Source: a virus
Taxonomy: Duplodnaviria; Caudoviricetes
IMG/VR virus record: IMGVR_UViG_3300033067_001005
Span: 1-64,000 of that record
Length of the DNA: 64,000 nt
Reading direction: 5' to 3' (one strand)
Part shown: in pieces, positions 35,192-44,774 of the stretch
How positions within the stretch are numbered: the first letter of the stretch is position 1
Layout: every line of letters starts with the position of its first letter
Made by a program: the position numbers and the translations under genes
The notes under the pieces: model-generated
Databases searched by the model: none
What the model saw: the letters and a program-made list of their open reading frames with translations, nothing else
What the model was told of the DNA's origin: nothing

Positions 35192-37531
35192 ATGGCCACG
35201 AAATACACCCTAGACATGGACGTTTCGGGTAACGCGAAGAAGGAACTAGAGAACATCTCTAAGTCCATCGGGGACATTCGTGGCCAGGCTGGCCAGCTCT
35301 CCAGCATGGGCGACAGCATGGGCAAGGCGATGGACCAAGTTGCGTCTAATACGCGTACTGCGGCCATCGCTGCCGTTGCCCAGCAGATTCAGGGCCTGTC
35401 GCAGAAGTTCGTGGAGCTTTCCGACACCGTTAGAACGCGGGGTAAGGAATTCATCCAAGACATCTTTACTGAGACAGCTGCCTTTCAGGATACACAAGCA
35501 GACCTGAAGTTCGCATTCGGCAGCCAATGGGAATCTGTCTATGACGAGGTTCTAAAGGATTCAGCGAAACTGACCTTCAGCTTCCAGGACGTTGCGCAGC
35601 TAGCGTCAGGTCTCGGCCGCATGAAGATCAACCCCTTCGGCGGCGTAGACGAGTCCAGTCAGAAGTTCCTGTCTAAGACCGGAGAATACGTAAGAGCCCT
35701 AGAAGTCATTCAGGATGCTGCCGACGCTTCTGGAAGAGACTCTCAGAAGTTTATGTTCTCTCTCCGTGAAGCCATCTCTGGAGACATGAAATCCATCAGA
35801 GACGCTCTAGACCTACCTAAAGAGGTCACGGAGAAGTGGAAAAAGGCCATTGATGCTGCTAAGGACCCCCAAGCAAAGTACAACACGATGATCAAGGAAC
35901 TGGCTACTCTGTATGGAGGAGCCGGTGCTCTAAAGGCGCAGAATTGGAATAAGACCATGGCGCAGATTCCTGACCTGCTACAGCAGATCAAGGCTGCCGC
36001 TGGAGCCGAAGGCATAAAGTACCTGACGGCTGACATGGCCGAATTCGTGGATGTACTGGGTGACATCGCTAAGGATAAGGACATCATGAAGGCTCTAGCA
36101 GAGGGCTTCACGATCCTAATCTACCCGATTCGCCTAGCAGTACAATGGGGCACCAAGCTCGTGGGCTTCCTGGGAGACCTCGTAAAGCAATACCCGTGGC
36201 TTCCCAAGGTCGTAGCTATCTTCGTGGCTTTCAACGCGGCTGTGCTAATCCTCGTGGGCTCTTTCGCCGGCCTCATCCTGGCCATCGGCGGCGTGATTGC
36301 TGGTGTCATGGCAATCGGCTCCGAGGTGCTGCTCCCACTGTTGGCAGCTTCTGTATTCCTGCTACCTCTAATGGTGCTACTGGGCGTCGTACTGATGTCC
36401 ATCGGGCTGGGTATCAAATCCATCTCTGACACCTCCAAGCGAGAGCTACAGACACCAATCAGCATGTTCGAGAAGATCAAGGTAGTCTTCTCCGCGCTGT
36501 ACGAGATGATTAGCACCTTCAACGGCACCACTTCGGAGATGTCGATTGAGACCTACAACGCTCTAAAGAAGTCGGGCATGGAAGGCTTCGTCGACGGCGT
36601 AATGAAGGTGTGGCTACGGCTCAATCAGCTGTGGGATGGCTTCACTGCCACGATGGACGACCTATCTCTGAGCGTGGGTCCCACGGCACTGGAGCTTCTA
36701 GGAGAGCTGAAAAAAGCCTTTCTATTGTTCGCTGACATGTTGGGTCTAACGACTCTGCAAACGGCAGCAACCAACAAGTCTGGAAAAGACTGGGCGAACA
36801 CCGGAAGAGACATCGCCACCTCTCTAATCGTCATCACGAAGATGATGCTTGGCCTGATGACCACTGCCATAAAGGTCTTCAACTGGATGATGGAATGGAA
36901 GATCATCCATGGTCTTCTAATCGCCATCGGCGGGCTTCTGGCTATGGCTACCGTGGCCGTTATTGCCCTAACAGCTGCTGGTATGCTCCTCATGGCTCCG
37001 TTCATGGCACTAGCACTCATCGTCGGCGGAATCGTTATGGGCATCGTCATGGCGATCGAGAAGGTGATAGAGCTGAAGAAGCTGGCTGAAGACAAGAACA
37101 AGACGAAGGATCAGCTTCTAAAAGAAGGCAATGCAGCCAATACCGTCGCTAATAGCGAGATGGAGAAGCTCAAGGCCGAGAAGGACCGAAGAGCCAAGGC
37201 CGGGTTGGCACCTCTAACGTGGGAAGAGCAGGAGAAGCTACTCGGTAGAGAGACTCCAAAGGCCAAGGCCGAGAAGATGGCGGCGATGGGAGGCATTCCT
37301 GCGGAGCAGCTAAACGCTGCTGGTGTAAAGCTGGAGAAGGCTGGAACCAGCTTCGACTGGAACCAGCTGGCGGCACAGCAGGGGGCTGGTAACGGCCCTG
37401 TAACTCTATCCCCCGAATCCATCCAAGCACTGGCAGGCGCTATGTCCAAGCTACCTGCACCCCAGGTCAACGTGGAGCACATCGCTAAGGCCACCAATAA
37501 GGCTAACGTTTCCGTCAATGGAGGCTTCTAA
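35192..37531 (+). CDS. Tape measure protein
   Basis: Long Ala-rich helical protein with hydrophobic segments, in canonical position. Confidence 0.88.
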   Translation: MATKYTLDMDVSGNAKKELENISKSIGDIRGQAGQLSSMGDSMGKAMDQVASNTRTAAIAAVAQQIQGLSQKFVELSDTVRTRGKEFIQDIFTETAAFQDTQADLKFAFGSQWESVYDEVLKDSAKLTFSFQDVAQLASGLGRMKINPFGGVDESSQKFLSKTGEYVRALEVIQDAADASGRDSQKFMFSLREAISGDMKSIRDALDLPKEVTEKWKKAIDAAKDPQAKYNTMIKELATLYGGAGALKAQNWNKTMAQIPDLLQQIKAAAGAEGIKYLTADMAEFVDVLGDIAKDKDIMKALAEGFTILIYPIRLAVQWGTKLVGFLGDLVKQYPWLPKVVAIFVAFNAAVLILVGSFAGLILAIGGVIAGVMAIGSEVLLPLLAASVFLLPLMVLLGVVLMSIGLGIKSISDTSKRELQTPISMFEKIKVVFSALYEMISTFNGTTSEMSIETYNALKKSGMEGFVDGVMKVWLRLNQLWDGFTATMDDLSLSVGPTALELLGELKKAFLLFADMLGLTTLQTAATNKSGKDWANTGRDIATSLIVITKMMLGLMTTAIKVFNWMMEWKIIHGLLIAIGGLLAMATVAVIALTAAGMLLMAPFMALALIVGGIVMGIVMAIEKVIELKKLAEDKNKTKDQLLKEGNAANTVANSEMEKLKAEKDRRAKAGLAPLTWEEQEKLLGRETPKAKAEKMAAMGGIPAEQLNAAGVKLEKAGTSFDWNQLAAQQGAGNGPVTLSPESIQALAGAMSKLPAPQVNVEHIAKATNKANVSVNGGF

Positions 37532-38100
37532 TGGCAGGAGTAGACTTCTCCGCCCCCAAGGTCAGACGGGGACGGCTAACCAACCAGCGCAACGGGGAGG
37601 CCGTTCCCTTCCTCTACAACCCGACCTCAATCAAAGAGAAGCTCCCGGTCAACTACGTAGAGGACAACATCCCGGGAGCGTCAGACCCTCTAATCAGCTT
37701 TGCCTCAGGTGGCGCAAAGGAAATCTCGTTCACGCTCACGCTGTGCGGGGAGTCCAGCTTGCGCCGCCGTAAAGGGCAGATTCTGAACGCTGCTAGAGGT
37801 GACGTGGAGATCCTGTCTGGGGATGACTTCTCTATCGCGGGAGAGATCGACTTCTTTAGGCAGTTTGCCTATCCGACCGACCCTAAGGACAGCCAAGCAG
37901 ACGGCGCACCAGATCGAGTAGTGCTGACGTTCGGCAGACTCTATGACGGCGTCGTCTGTACCATCCACAACATCGACTTGGACATCACCGAGTTCTCTCC
38001 TGGACTGGACCCGACCAAGGCAACTGTGGCTCTGACCATGAAAAGGTACGTAACCAAGAGTGTCTTTTCTAATCAGATTTTCTTGAGGGGAGGTGGCTAA
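37531..38100 (+). CDS. Tail tube initiator / CIS-tube-like baseplate protein
   Basis: FLYNPTSI, ISFTLTL, P.RVVLTFG and P.KATV.LT motifs. Confidence 0.7.
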   Translation: MAGVDFSAPKVRRGRLTNQRNGEAVPFLYNPTSIKEKLPVNYVEDNIPGASDPLISFASGGAKEISFTLTLCGESSLRRRKGQILNAARGDVEILSGDDFSIAGEIDFFRQFAYPTDPKDSQADGAPDRVVLTFGRLYDGVVCTIHNIDLDITEFSPGLDPTKATVALTMKRYVTKSVFSNQIFLRGGG

Positions 38101-39017
38101 TGGGAATGCCCAAGCCCTCTACCTCTAAGCAGGGCTTTCCTAAGCGAGGACCAGCGGGCCCTCCAGGTGCTGGAGGAGGGGGCGGAAGCCTCCCCTCTGG
38201 CACTGGGCTTGTCGGCGTCACGGCAGGCTCTGGAGAGACCATCACAGTAGGCGCCGGACTAAACCTGACGGGCTCTTTCGGTGCCAGAACGCTCTCTGCC
38301 GGCTGGACGCCTGTCTACTCGGTAGACTTCAGCGCTCTAGCTACAGGCGTCACGCCGGGGGCAGATGGCGCTGTGACTATCGATGGCAAGACTTGGTACG
38401 CCAAGAACGTAGCCAACGTCGCAGAGATGCGGACCGTCAATGGAGAGGGACTGGTAATCGATCCGTCCGCTGTTAGTTCGGATCTATACGGGCCTACTTA
38501 CACCGCTCCCACTTGGGCAATAAAATGGTCTGATCTAGGAATCCCTCCGGATTCCGACTATAGAATTTGGTTGAAGTTCGCTACTACTGGCATTGCTTCG
38601 GACTTTGAAACGGCAGACTTTGCGATAGAACAATTCCAAACCACAACCTATAGAATTGCTCTTGCAAGGCTTTTTTCTACAGGGTCGGGTGGTCAATGCT
38701 GGCAAGTCAGGAGAACGCTTGCGGGAGGGACTTCCACTCCGGCTAGCGGAACAGACAACCCATCTCACGACGTTGTTCTAATCTCCGGAAGGGGTCAAGG
38801 TATTACTAGCATTTTGACAGGGGCTTCGGTTGGAGGAAACTTCCCAGATCAAGCGTCGCTAACACTTAGGCAACTGGCAGTAGTAGATTTCAGTGGAGGA
38901 AATCCGGCGATCCTTCACAGTACAAATAATCTAGCTTTCGCGTTCGCTTGCTACCCTGTGAATACTTCCAATTCTCTACGCGCGTCAATTTCAAAATTCC
39001 TAGTGGAGAAGCGATGA
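38100..39017 (+). CDS. Putative fibre/receptor-binding accessory protein inserted in the baseplate cluster
   Basis: GPAGPPGAGGGGG linker then a beta-rich domain; AT-richer 3' half. Confidence 0.5.
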   Translation: MGMPKPSTSKQGFPKRGPAGPPGAGGGGGSLPSGTGLVGVTAGSGETITVGAGLNLTGSFGARTLSAGWTPVYSVDFSALATGVTPGADGAVTIDGKTWYAKNVANVAEMRTVNGEGLVIDPSAVSSDLYGPTYTAPTWAIKWSDLGIPPDSDYRIWLKFATTGIASDFETADFAIEQFQTTTYRIALARLFSTGSGGQCWQVRRTLAGGTSTPASGTDNPSHDVVLISGRGQGITSILTGASVGGNFPDQASLTLRQLAVVDFSGGNPAILHSTNNLAFAFACYPVNTSNSLRASISKFLVEKR

Positions 39018-39613
39018 TTGGCCTGAATAGCAGATACAACTACGCCAACGTCGTTAGAGTAGTGAACGACACTGGGCAGATTGAGCCTGACCATCTGGAC
39101 ATCCGTCCTCGGCTTACCCGTAAGGTCTTCATCGACAACGAGGCGTACTCCATAGCTGACAGAGACACGCTCTCTAACATCTCCTGGAGGAAGCTCGGGA
39201 CTGGTAAGCTCTACTGGGTAATAGCCGACCTATCAGATGTTGTGGACGCCTTCACCGACCTGCTCATCAGAGAAAAGCGGAAGGTACTGGCCAGCCTAAC
39301 TTCGTCTCTAACTGGCAGCGTCACCTATGAGACTATCCAGGTTTCAACGACTAGAGGCTTCAAGCCCAACCAGAAAATCGAGATTGAAGACCTGAATACG
39401 AACGTGAAGTACACCACTACCGTCGTTTCCGTGGACAAGAGCAGCCTGCGGATCAGAGTCGTGGCCTTCACTACTGCAATCGGCGTCATAGCTGCGAAGA
39501 GCCGCGTGTCCGTGCTCTATCTCTACCGGCCAACGCTGGTAATTCCTACTATCCAGCGCACGCTCTTTGAGCTGACCGACTTTTCCAACAAGATGAACAC
39601 ACTGGTGCCGTAA
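39014..39613 (+). CDS. Tail protein X / LysM-like baseplate component (start corrected from 38948)
   Basis: SRY...; DRDTLSNISWRKLGTGKLYWVIADLS; L.IP motif; ATGA overlap. Confidence 0.7.
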   Translation: MIGLNSRYNYANVVRVVNDTGQIEPDHLDIRPRLTRKVFIDNEAYSIADRDTLSNISWRKLGTGKLYWVIADLSDVVDAFTDLLIREKRKVLASLTSSLTGSVTYETIQVSTTRGFKPNQKIEIEDLNTNVKYTTTVVSVDKSSLRIRVVAFTTAIGVIAAKSRVSVLYLYRPTLVIPTIQRTLFELTDFSNKMNTLVP

Positions 39614-40845
39614 TGCCCGCAGAACCGTACGCTGGAAAGAAGGTCTATGGAGGCAATTACAGCTGGCGCAACTTCGCGCCGATGCTCTATCTCTACATAG
39701 ACGACAAGCCGGCGGACGATCTACTCGCCGTGCTTACCAGTTTCTCCTACAAGGCCAGCTCCACCAAAGCCGCCGAGACACAGTTCGTCTTCAAAAACAG
39801 CTCTAGAAGGCTGATGGATGACCGACGTCTGTACCCCAATGTCACATGGAAGTTCCGCTTCGGCTACTTCAATGACATGAGTTCAATCATCACTGCTGTA
39901 ATCCGCAACGTGGAGCCGGAATACAACGACAAGCAGATGGTCACTATCTCCCTGTTCGACCTGTCTCTACAGCTGGCAGGCAAGTCCACCGGAAAGAACT
40001 GGGGAAAGCTGACCTCGTCTGACATCGCTCGTCGTATCGCCAGACAGGCTGGGATGGAGGCCATAGTAGAGGACACTAAGGACGGCGGAAAGAAGGACTT
40101 CATCCAACCGAAGTCTGTTAGCGACCTTCAATTCTTGAGGGACCTAGCGGCAGACCTTGACTACGAGATGTACGTAGACGGGTCTCCTCCTATCCTCTAC
40201 TTCGTGAGAAAGCGCTTTGATTCCGCTCCACAGCGAAAGCTCGTCTACTACGACAACCCTAATGAGTTCTCTTACGTGAAGGAATTCAAGCCGACCTTGA
40301 AGAGCTTGGGTCCCATCCAATCTGGAGCCGCCAGCCCCACAGCCAGCGCTGCAACAGACAAGAGCAAGGATCCCAGCCTAGGGGCTAAGGTTCCGCAATT
40401 CATGGTCGTAAAGAACGCGGAGACTGGCGCGGCTTATGTCGTCCCTAAGAAGACAGACGCCATTACGAAGGCTGCACCTTCTGGAGCTGACACCAAGTCT
40501 CTAGTGAACGCGGCACACTCGCAGATGCTGGACAAGGCCAACGAAGCTAGTAGCACGCACCCTCTAACCCCGTCTCTGCGAGTAGCCAACATCTACGAAT
40601 GGGACGGCGTAGAGAAGCAGCTGAACGGAAAGTGGTATCTAAAGGAAGCCACCTACACCATTGACGGCTCCGGACACGGCACGACCTGTACTTGGAGTCG
40701 TAATGCCAACAACGGCCAGGCGGGAAAGAACGCCGACAACAAGAACAACAAGGGTGTGGGCGGCAATCCTAACGGAAAGCCCATCATCGTTGCTAACGCC
40801 GAAACCGGCAGCAAGACAGTAATACTACCGGGGGCCAGCAAATGA
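39613..40845 (+). CDS. Baseplate hub / late control D-like protein
   Basis: SDIARRIA, Q...SDLQFL..LA and G.WY.KE.TY.I..SG..T motifs; synteny. Confidence 0.75.
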   Translation: MPAEPYAGKKVYGGNYSWRNFAPMLYLYIDDKPADDLLAVLTSFSYKASSTKAAETQFVFKNSSRRLMDDRRLYPNVTWKFRFGYFNDMSSIITAVIRNVEPEYNDKQMVTISLFDLSLQLAGKSTGKNWGKLTSSDIARRIARQAGMEAIVEDTKDGGKKDFIQPKSVSDLQFLRDLAADLDYEMYVDGSPPILYFVRKRFDSAPQRKLVYYDNPNEFSYVKEFKPTLKSLGPIQSGAASPTASAATDKSKDPSLGAKVPQFMVVKNAETGAAYVVPKKTDAITKAAPSGADTKSLVNAAHSQMLDKANEASSTHPLTPSLRVANIYEWDGVEKQLNGKWYLKEATYTIDGSGHGTTCTWSRNANNGQAGKNADNKNNKGVGGNPNGKPIIVANAETGSKTVILPGASK

Positions 40846-41615
40846 GCCTGGGCGTAAACACTAAAGTACATCTGGGACAGGACCGCGTCTCTGAAGAGAA
40901 CAGAGATCGCTTCTTCGGAGAGTACGTGGGCTTCGTCAAAGACAGAGCCGACCCCAAGCAACTAGGAAGAGTACGTGTTCTCTGCCCGCAGATCATCGGA
41001 GACGGGAACGGCACAGACTCTCTACTAGATTGGGCCTTTCCGAAGGGAGCAGCTGTAGCTGTACCTCCTGTGGGCGAAGAGGTCTCTATCACCTTTGAAC
41101 TAGGAATGGTTCAATACCCACTCTACACGTGGGGGCGGAAGAGCAGCCAGACCAGCGTACCTCCGGCGGCAAGGGGTGCAGCAGACCCGACGTGGCTCGC
41201 ACAGGCCACAGGGGACTCCGGAGGCTTCGGAAGCTTCAAGATTACTGCAACGCTGCCTGCCGATGGTGCCAAGACTGTCCCTCCTGTCTACCCATACAAC
41301 AAGGTGTTCCAGAGCGAATCTGGGCACATCCTCGAGCTGGATGACAGCCCCTCTAATCCACGCGCCAGGTACTATCATCCGAAGGGGACCACCATCCTCA
41401 TCGACGCAGACGGCAGTGTGCATGTCCGCTCTAAGGGTGCGCAGCACTTCCACTCCGGCGGAGACGTCAACTTCCTGATGAAGGAAAACGCCACCTTTAG
41501 AGTTGTCTATCCAGGAGGAGCCGCTCTAGCTGTGGGAGCTAACGGCATCCACCTGAACGGGCACCAGCTGACGCTACTAGGCAGAGTCCTGAACCGAGAT
41601 GTAAAGGCAATCTAA
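40842..41615 (+). CDS. Baseplate central spike (gpV/gp5 OB-fold type)
   Basis: G.V.D..DP..LGRVRV..P, WA.P, P.VGEEV...FE.G..QYP and SGH.LELDD motifs. Confidence 0.85.
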   Translation: MSLGVNTKVHLGQDRVSEENRDRFFGEYVGFVKDRADPKQLGRVRVLCPQIIGDGNGTDSLLDWAFPKGAAVAVPPVGEEVSITFELGMVQYPLYTWGRKSSQTSVPPAARGAADPTWLAQATGDSGGFGSFKITATLPADGAKTVPPVYPYNKVFQSESGHILELDDSPSNPRARYYHPKGTTILIDADGSVHVRSKGAQHFHSGGDVNFLMKENATFRVVYPGGAALAVGANGIHLNGHQLTLLGRVLNRDVKAI

Positions 41616-42331
41616 TGGCTGAAACAACTGCTCCGGTCGTCTTCTGTGCCGCTCCACCCTTCTCGTGCCCTGGACCGTTGCAGGTACGTCTGCCGTTTGG
41701 CCTGCCTGTGTTCACAGCGCCAGACACGTCCTGTGAGGGAATAAAGGACCTTCTAGACAACATCACAGTGTCTCTGTCTGGCTTCATGCCCATTCTGAAG
41801 CTGGCCGACTGTCTTCTAAAGGCAGTCACTTTCATCACGAAGCTTCCTGGCCTCATCTCACCACCCAAGATTTCCGATATAGCGCGATACGCTGAAGAGG
41901 TGGCTGGCTGCGCAGAGCTGCTAAGCGAGTTCTCCGGGCAGAACTACGTGGCCTACTGCCGGGTAGTGAAGGACATTCTAAACGTTATCATCTGCGTGCT
42001 GTCCTGCATCAGAGAGATGCTCCAGCTAGTAGCTGAGAACGACACAGCGGCGGCATCTCTAGCAGCGTCACCAGACCTGAGCCTGCAAGAGATGGGTCTC
42101 TGTCTTCAGGGACAGACTGTAAAGCTGAAGCTGGACATCTCTCTAAAGCTGAACTCTGTAGGTATCGTAATTCTGTTCATCAACGCTCTGCTGACCGCAC
42201 TGCCTCCTCTGGCTGCGGTAGCTGGAACGAGCAGCATCGACTTCTCCGAATCAGACATGACGATCGAGAAGTTGACCACAATCATCACGTCTCTCCAAAG
42301 CGTGGTAACCTTGCTCGACGTTTGCGGCTGA
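41615..42331 (+). CDS. Hypothetical helical, hydrophobic, Cys-rich protein
   Basis: Occupies the slot between spike and gp25. Confidence 0.6.
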   Translation: MAETTAPVVFCAAPPFSCPGPLQVRLPFGLPVFTAPDTSCEGIKDLLDNITVSLSGFMPILKLADCLLKAVTFITKLPGLISPPKISDIARYAEEVAGCAELLSEFSGQNYVAYCRVVKDILNVIICVLSCIREMLQLVAENDTAAASLAASPDLSLQEMGLCLQGQTVKLKLDISLKLNSVGIVILFINALLTALPPLAAVAGTSSIDFSESDMTIEKLTTIITSLQSVVTLLDVCG

Positions 42332-42342
42332 AAGGGAAGTAG

Positions 42343-42765
42343 ATGCTAGCTAATGACCTACTGGCGCGCTCCCTGTTGGGAAAGGGCCTGAAAGCTCCAC
42401 TAGAAGTAGACAGCTCTACGCAAGACTTCGCGGGCGTAGAAGAAGAGGCCAACACGTATCAGTGCATCTTGGACCTTCTCCAAACTCGCACAGGCGAGCG
42501 TGTGATGAACGAAGACATCGGGACGATCATCCCGGCCTTGGTCTTTGAAGACTCGGATACCGCGATAGCTCTTCTTCCAGCTGCTGCCAAAGAGGCTCTA
42601 GAGAAGTACGAGCCTAGAATCGACAGAGTACAAACCAGCGCTAGGGCTCTGAAGGATGGGAACGGCGCAGCTGTCGTCTATCTAGACCTCCGCTTTCGTT
42701 ACAAGAGCACTGGTAGGATAGACAACAAGACCATTCCGTACTCGATCAATGAAGGAGACTTGTAA
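42343..42765 (+). CDS. Baseplate wedge gp25-like protein
   Basis: ILDLLQTRTGERVM..DIG; AL.KYEPRI. Confidence 0.9.
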   Translation: MLANDLLARSLLGKGLKAPLEVDSSTQDFAGVEEEANTYQCILDLLQTRTGERVMNEDIGTIIPALVFEDSDTAIALLPAAAKEALEKYEPRIDRVQTSARALKDGNGAAVVYLDLRFRYKSTGRIDNKTIPYSINEGDL

Positions 42766-44765
42766 TGGCCAGCGGTAACGACCTCTCCATCCGGCGCGTT
42801 AGCCCGGTAGTTGACTACACGAGCATGGACTTCGACGCGCTGAAGGCAGACCTAATCGCCTACGCTCAAGCGAAGTATCCTGACCGCTGGACCGACTTCA
42901 ATGACACCCAATGGGCCGTCGTCTTTCTAGAGATGCAGTGCTATATCGGGGACCTGCTTACCTATAACCTGAACTCTATGCTACGTGAAGCCTTCACTGG
43001 TGCTGCTGTGCGCAAGGCTAACGTGGAAGCCTTCGCTCGTACCATCGGCATGGAGCTGACCTACCCAGTCTCTTCCACCACAACCCTGCGCGTGAGCTTG
43101 AACCCGCTTGGCGCCTATCCGTTCACCTTGACCAAGGTGGACAACAAGTTCTCTAATGGAAGCACGGAAGACGAGGTCATCTTCCAGCCCATCTCTGACA
43201 CCGTCGTCGCTGCCTACCCGGGCGTCGGCTACGTTGACGTGTCCGCCATCGAAGGTGAGCGTTTCGACGCATACCTTGTTGGCGTAGGCACTGGCGCTGC
43301 CAATCAGAAGTGGCAATTCCCTCAGGACTCCATCGTTTTCGACTCCGTCTCCATCACTGTAGGCGGCGTGGGATGGACTAGAGTTCTGAACCTCGTTATG
43401 CAGGCGAGCACTGCACAGGTTTACCGTCTAATCAGAGATGACGAGGGCTTCCTCTTCATTCTCTTTGGAGACGGCATTCATGGCGCCAAGCCTGGTAGCG
43501 GCGTAGAGATCAGAGGCACCTTCCGCCAGGGAGGCGGCAAGCGTGGAAACCTGAATAAGACGGCCATCACTACAGTTGTCTCGGCGCACAGCAACGTTAC
43601 TGGCGTGACCAACAGCCAGGTGGAAGCTACCGGCGGCGATAATGAGCAGACGCTGGCTTCAGCTAAGCAAGCCATCCCAGGGTTTCTGTCCACCAATGAC
43701 AGAGCCGTGTCACTACCCGACTACGAAGCCATGGCCAACAAGGTCAGCGGCGTAAAGAAAAGCAGAGCTAGCCTGGATGTCATTCCTGGCTCTAACGTCG
43801 TTCGTCTCATCGTGGCTCCTACAGGTGGAGGCTCTCCTAGCTCCACGCTGAAGAAGAACGTGTCTTCTGCCTTTATTGGAAAGAAGGGGCACGCAGCTAG
43901 AGTAAAGGTGTTCGGGCCCACCTATAAGGACCTTCGCTTGCAGCTGCTGGCACACATCAATCCGGCGGTAAGAGCAACTGATGGCGAACTGACGCTGAAG
44001 AACGGGCTGCTGAACAGCGCAGGCACTGGTCTACTAGACTTCGACAACCTTGATTTCGAGGCCGTTGTCTCTACTGGAGAAGCTGAAGAGTACTTGCTAG
44101 CGCAGACTCGCTTTCAGAACTACTTCGCTACTCTAAAGACGAAGGGTATCGACCGCGTAGAGATCGAGCGCATGGACATCGATCCAGTCGCGCGAATCAG
44201 AGATGAGGGAAACACGGGCGATGGCACTGTAGGCTCCATTATTCTGAATGACCTACAGCGGAGAAGAGAGTACTACATACTTCTAGTGTCATCTGCTCAA
44301 TACCACGTGTATGAGCGCATCGTCGGTCGCGTCAGCTACCTGAGCGACACTGAGCTAACAGACACTGGGAAGCAGTTCGACTCTGAAGGCGTCGTCAGCT
44401 TCGCGGGCTACAAGCTGGCTCCGTACAGAACGGCTTCTAGCTTGGTAGACGTAGCTAGCGCTAGCGATACAGACATCGTCCTGGCTACAGGCTCTCCCAG
44501 CTTGTTCGCCATGACGCAGCCCCAAGCTGAGTACTATACGTACTCTCCCACTCCGACCGTTGTTACTGTCGGAAGCCAGTACACGTCTCCAGATGGCAGC
44601 GTGAAATTCACTCTAGCGGCTGGGGCAACCCCCTTCCTAGCTGGTGACTCTCTCTACCTGGATGTGTACCCTAAGGAAAGTGACATTCGTCTGCGGCCGG
44701 ATGAGTATCCGCGTCTAACCAGCGCGAACCTAACGATTCGTACTTCTGGCGGCCTCCGCCTGTAG
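42765..44765 (+). CDS. Baseplate wedge / baseplate J-like protein (T4 gp6-like)
   Basis: DYTS.DF..LK.DL, WTDFN, FGDGIHG.KP, A.GG...., RAVS..DYE motifs. Confidence 0.88.
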   Translation: MASGNDLSIRRVSPVVDYTSMDFDALKADLIAYAQAKYPDRWTDFNDTQWAVVFLEMQCYIGDLLTYNLNSMLREAFTGAAVRKANVEAFARTIGMELTYPVSSTTTLRVSLNPLGAYPFTLTKVDNKFSNGSTEDEVIFQPISDTVVAAYPGVGYVDVSAIEGERFDAYLVGVGTGAANQKWQFPQDSIVFDSVSITVGGVGWTRVLNLVMQASTAQVYRLIRDDEGFLFILFGDGIHGAKPGSGVEIRGTFRQGGGKRGNLNKTAITTVVSAHSNVTGVTNSQVEATGGDNEQTLASAKQAIPGFLSTNDRAVSLPDYEAMANKVSGVKKSRASLDVIPGSNVVRLIVAPTGGGSPSSTLKKNVSSAFIGKKGHAARVKVFGPTYKDLRLQLLAHINPAVRATDGELTLKNGLLNSAGTGLLDFDNLDFEAVVSTGEAEEYLLAQTRFQNYFATLKTKGIDRVEIERMDIDPVARIRDEGNTGDGTVGSIILNDLQRRREYYILLVSSAQYHVYERIVGRVSYLSDTELTDTGKQFDSEGVVSFAGYKLAPYRTASSLVDVASASDTDIVLATGSPSLFAMTQPQAEYYTYSPTPTVVTVGSQYTSPDGSVKFTLAAGATPFLAGDSLYLDVYPKESDIRLRPDEYPRLTSANLTIRTSGGLRL

Positions 44766-44774
44766 GAGAGACCA

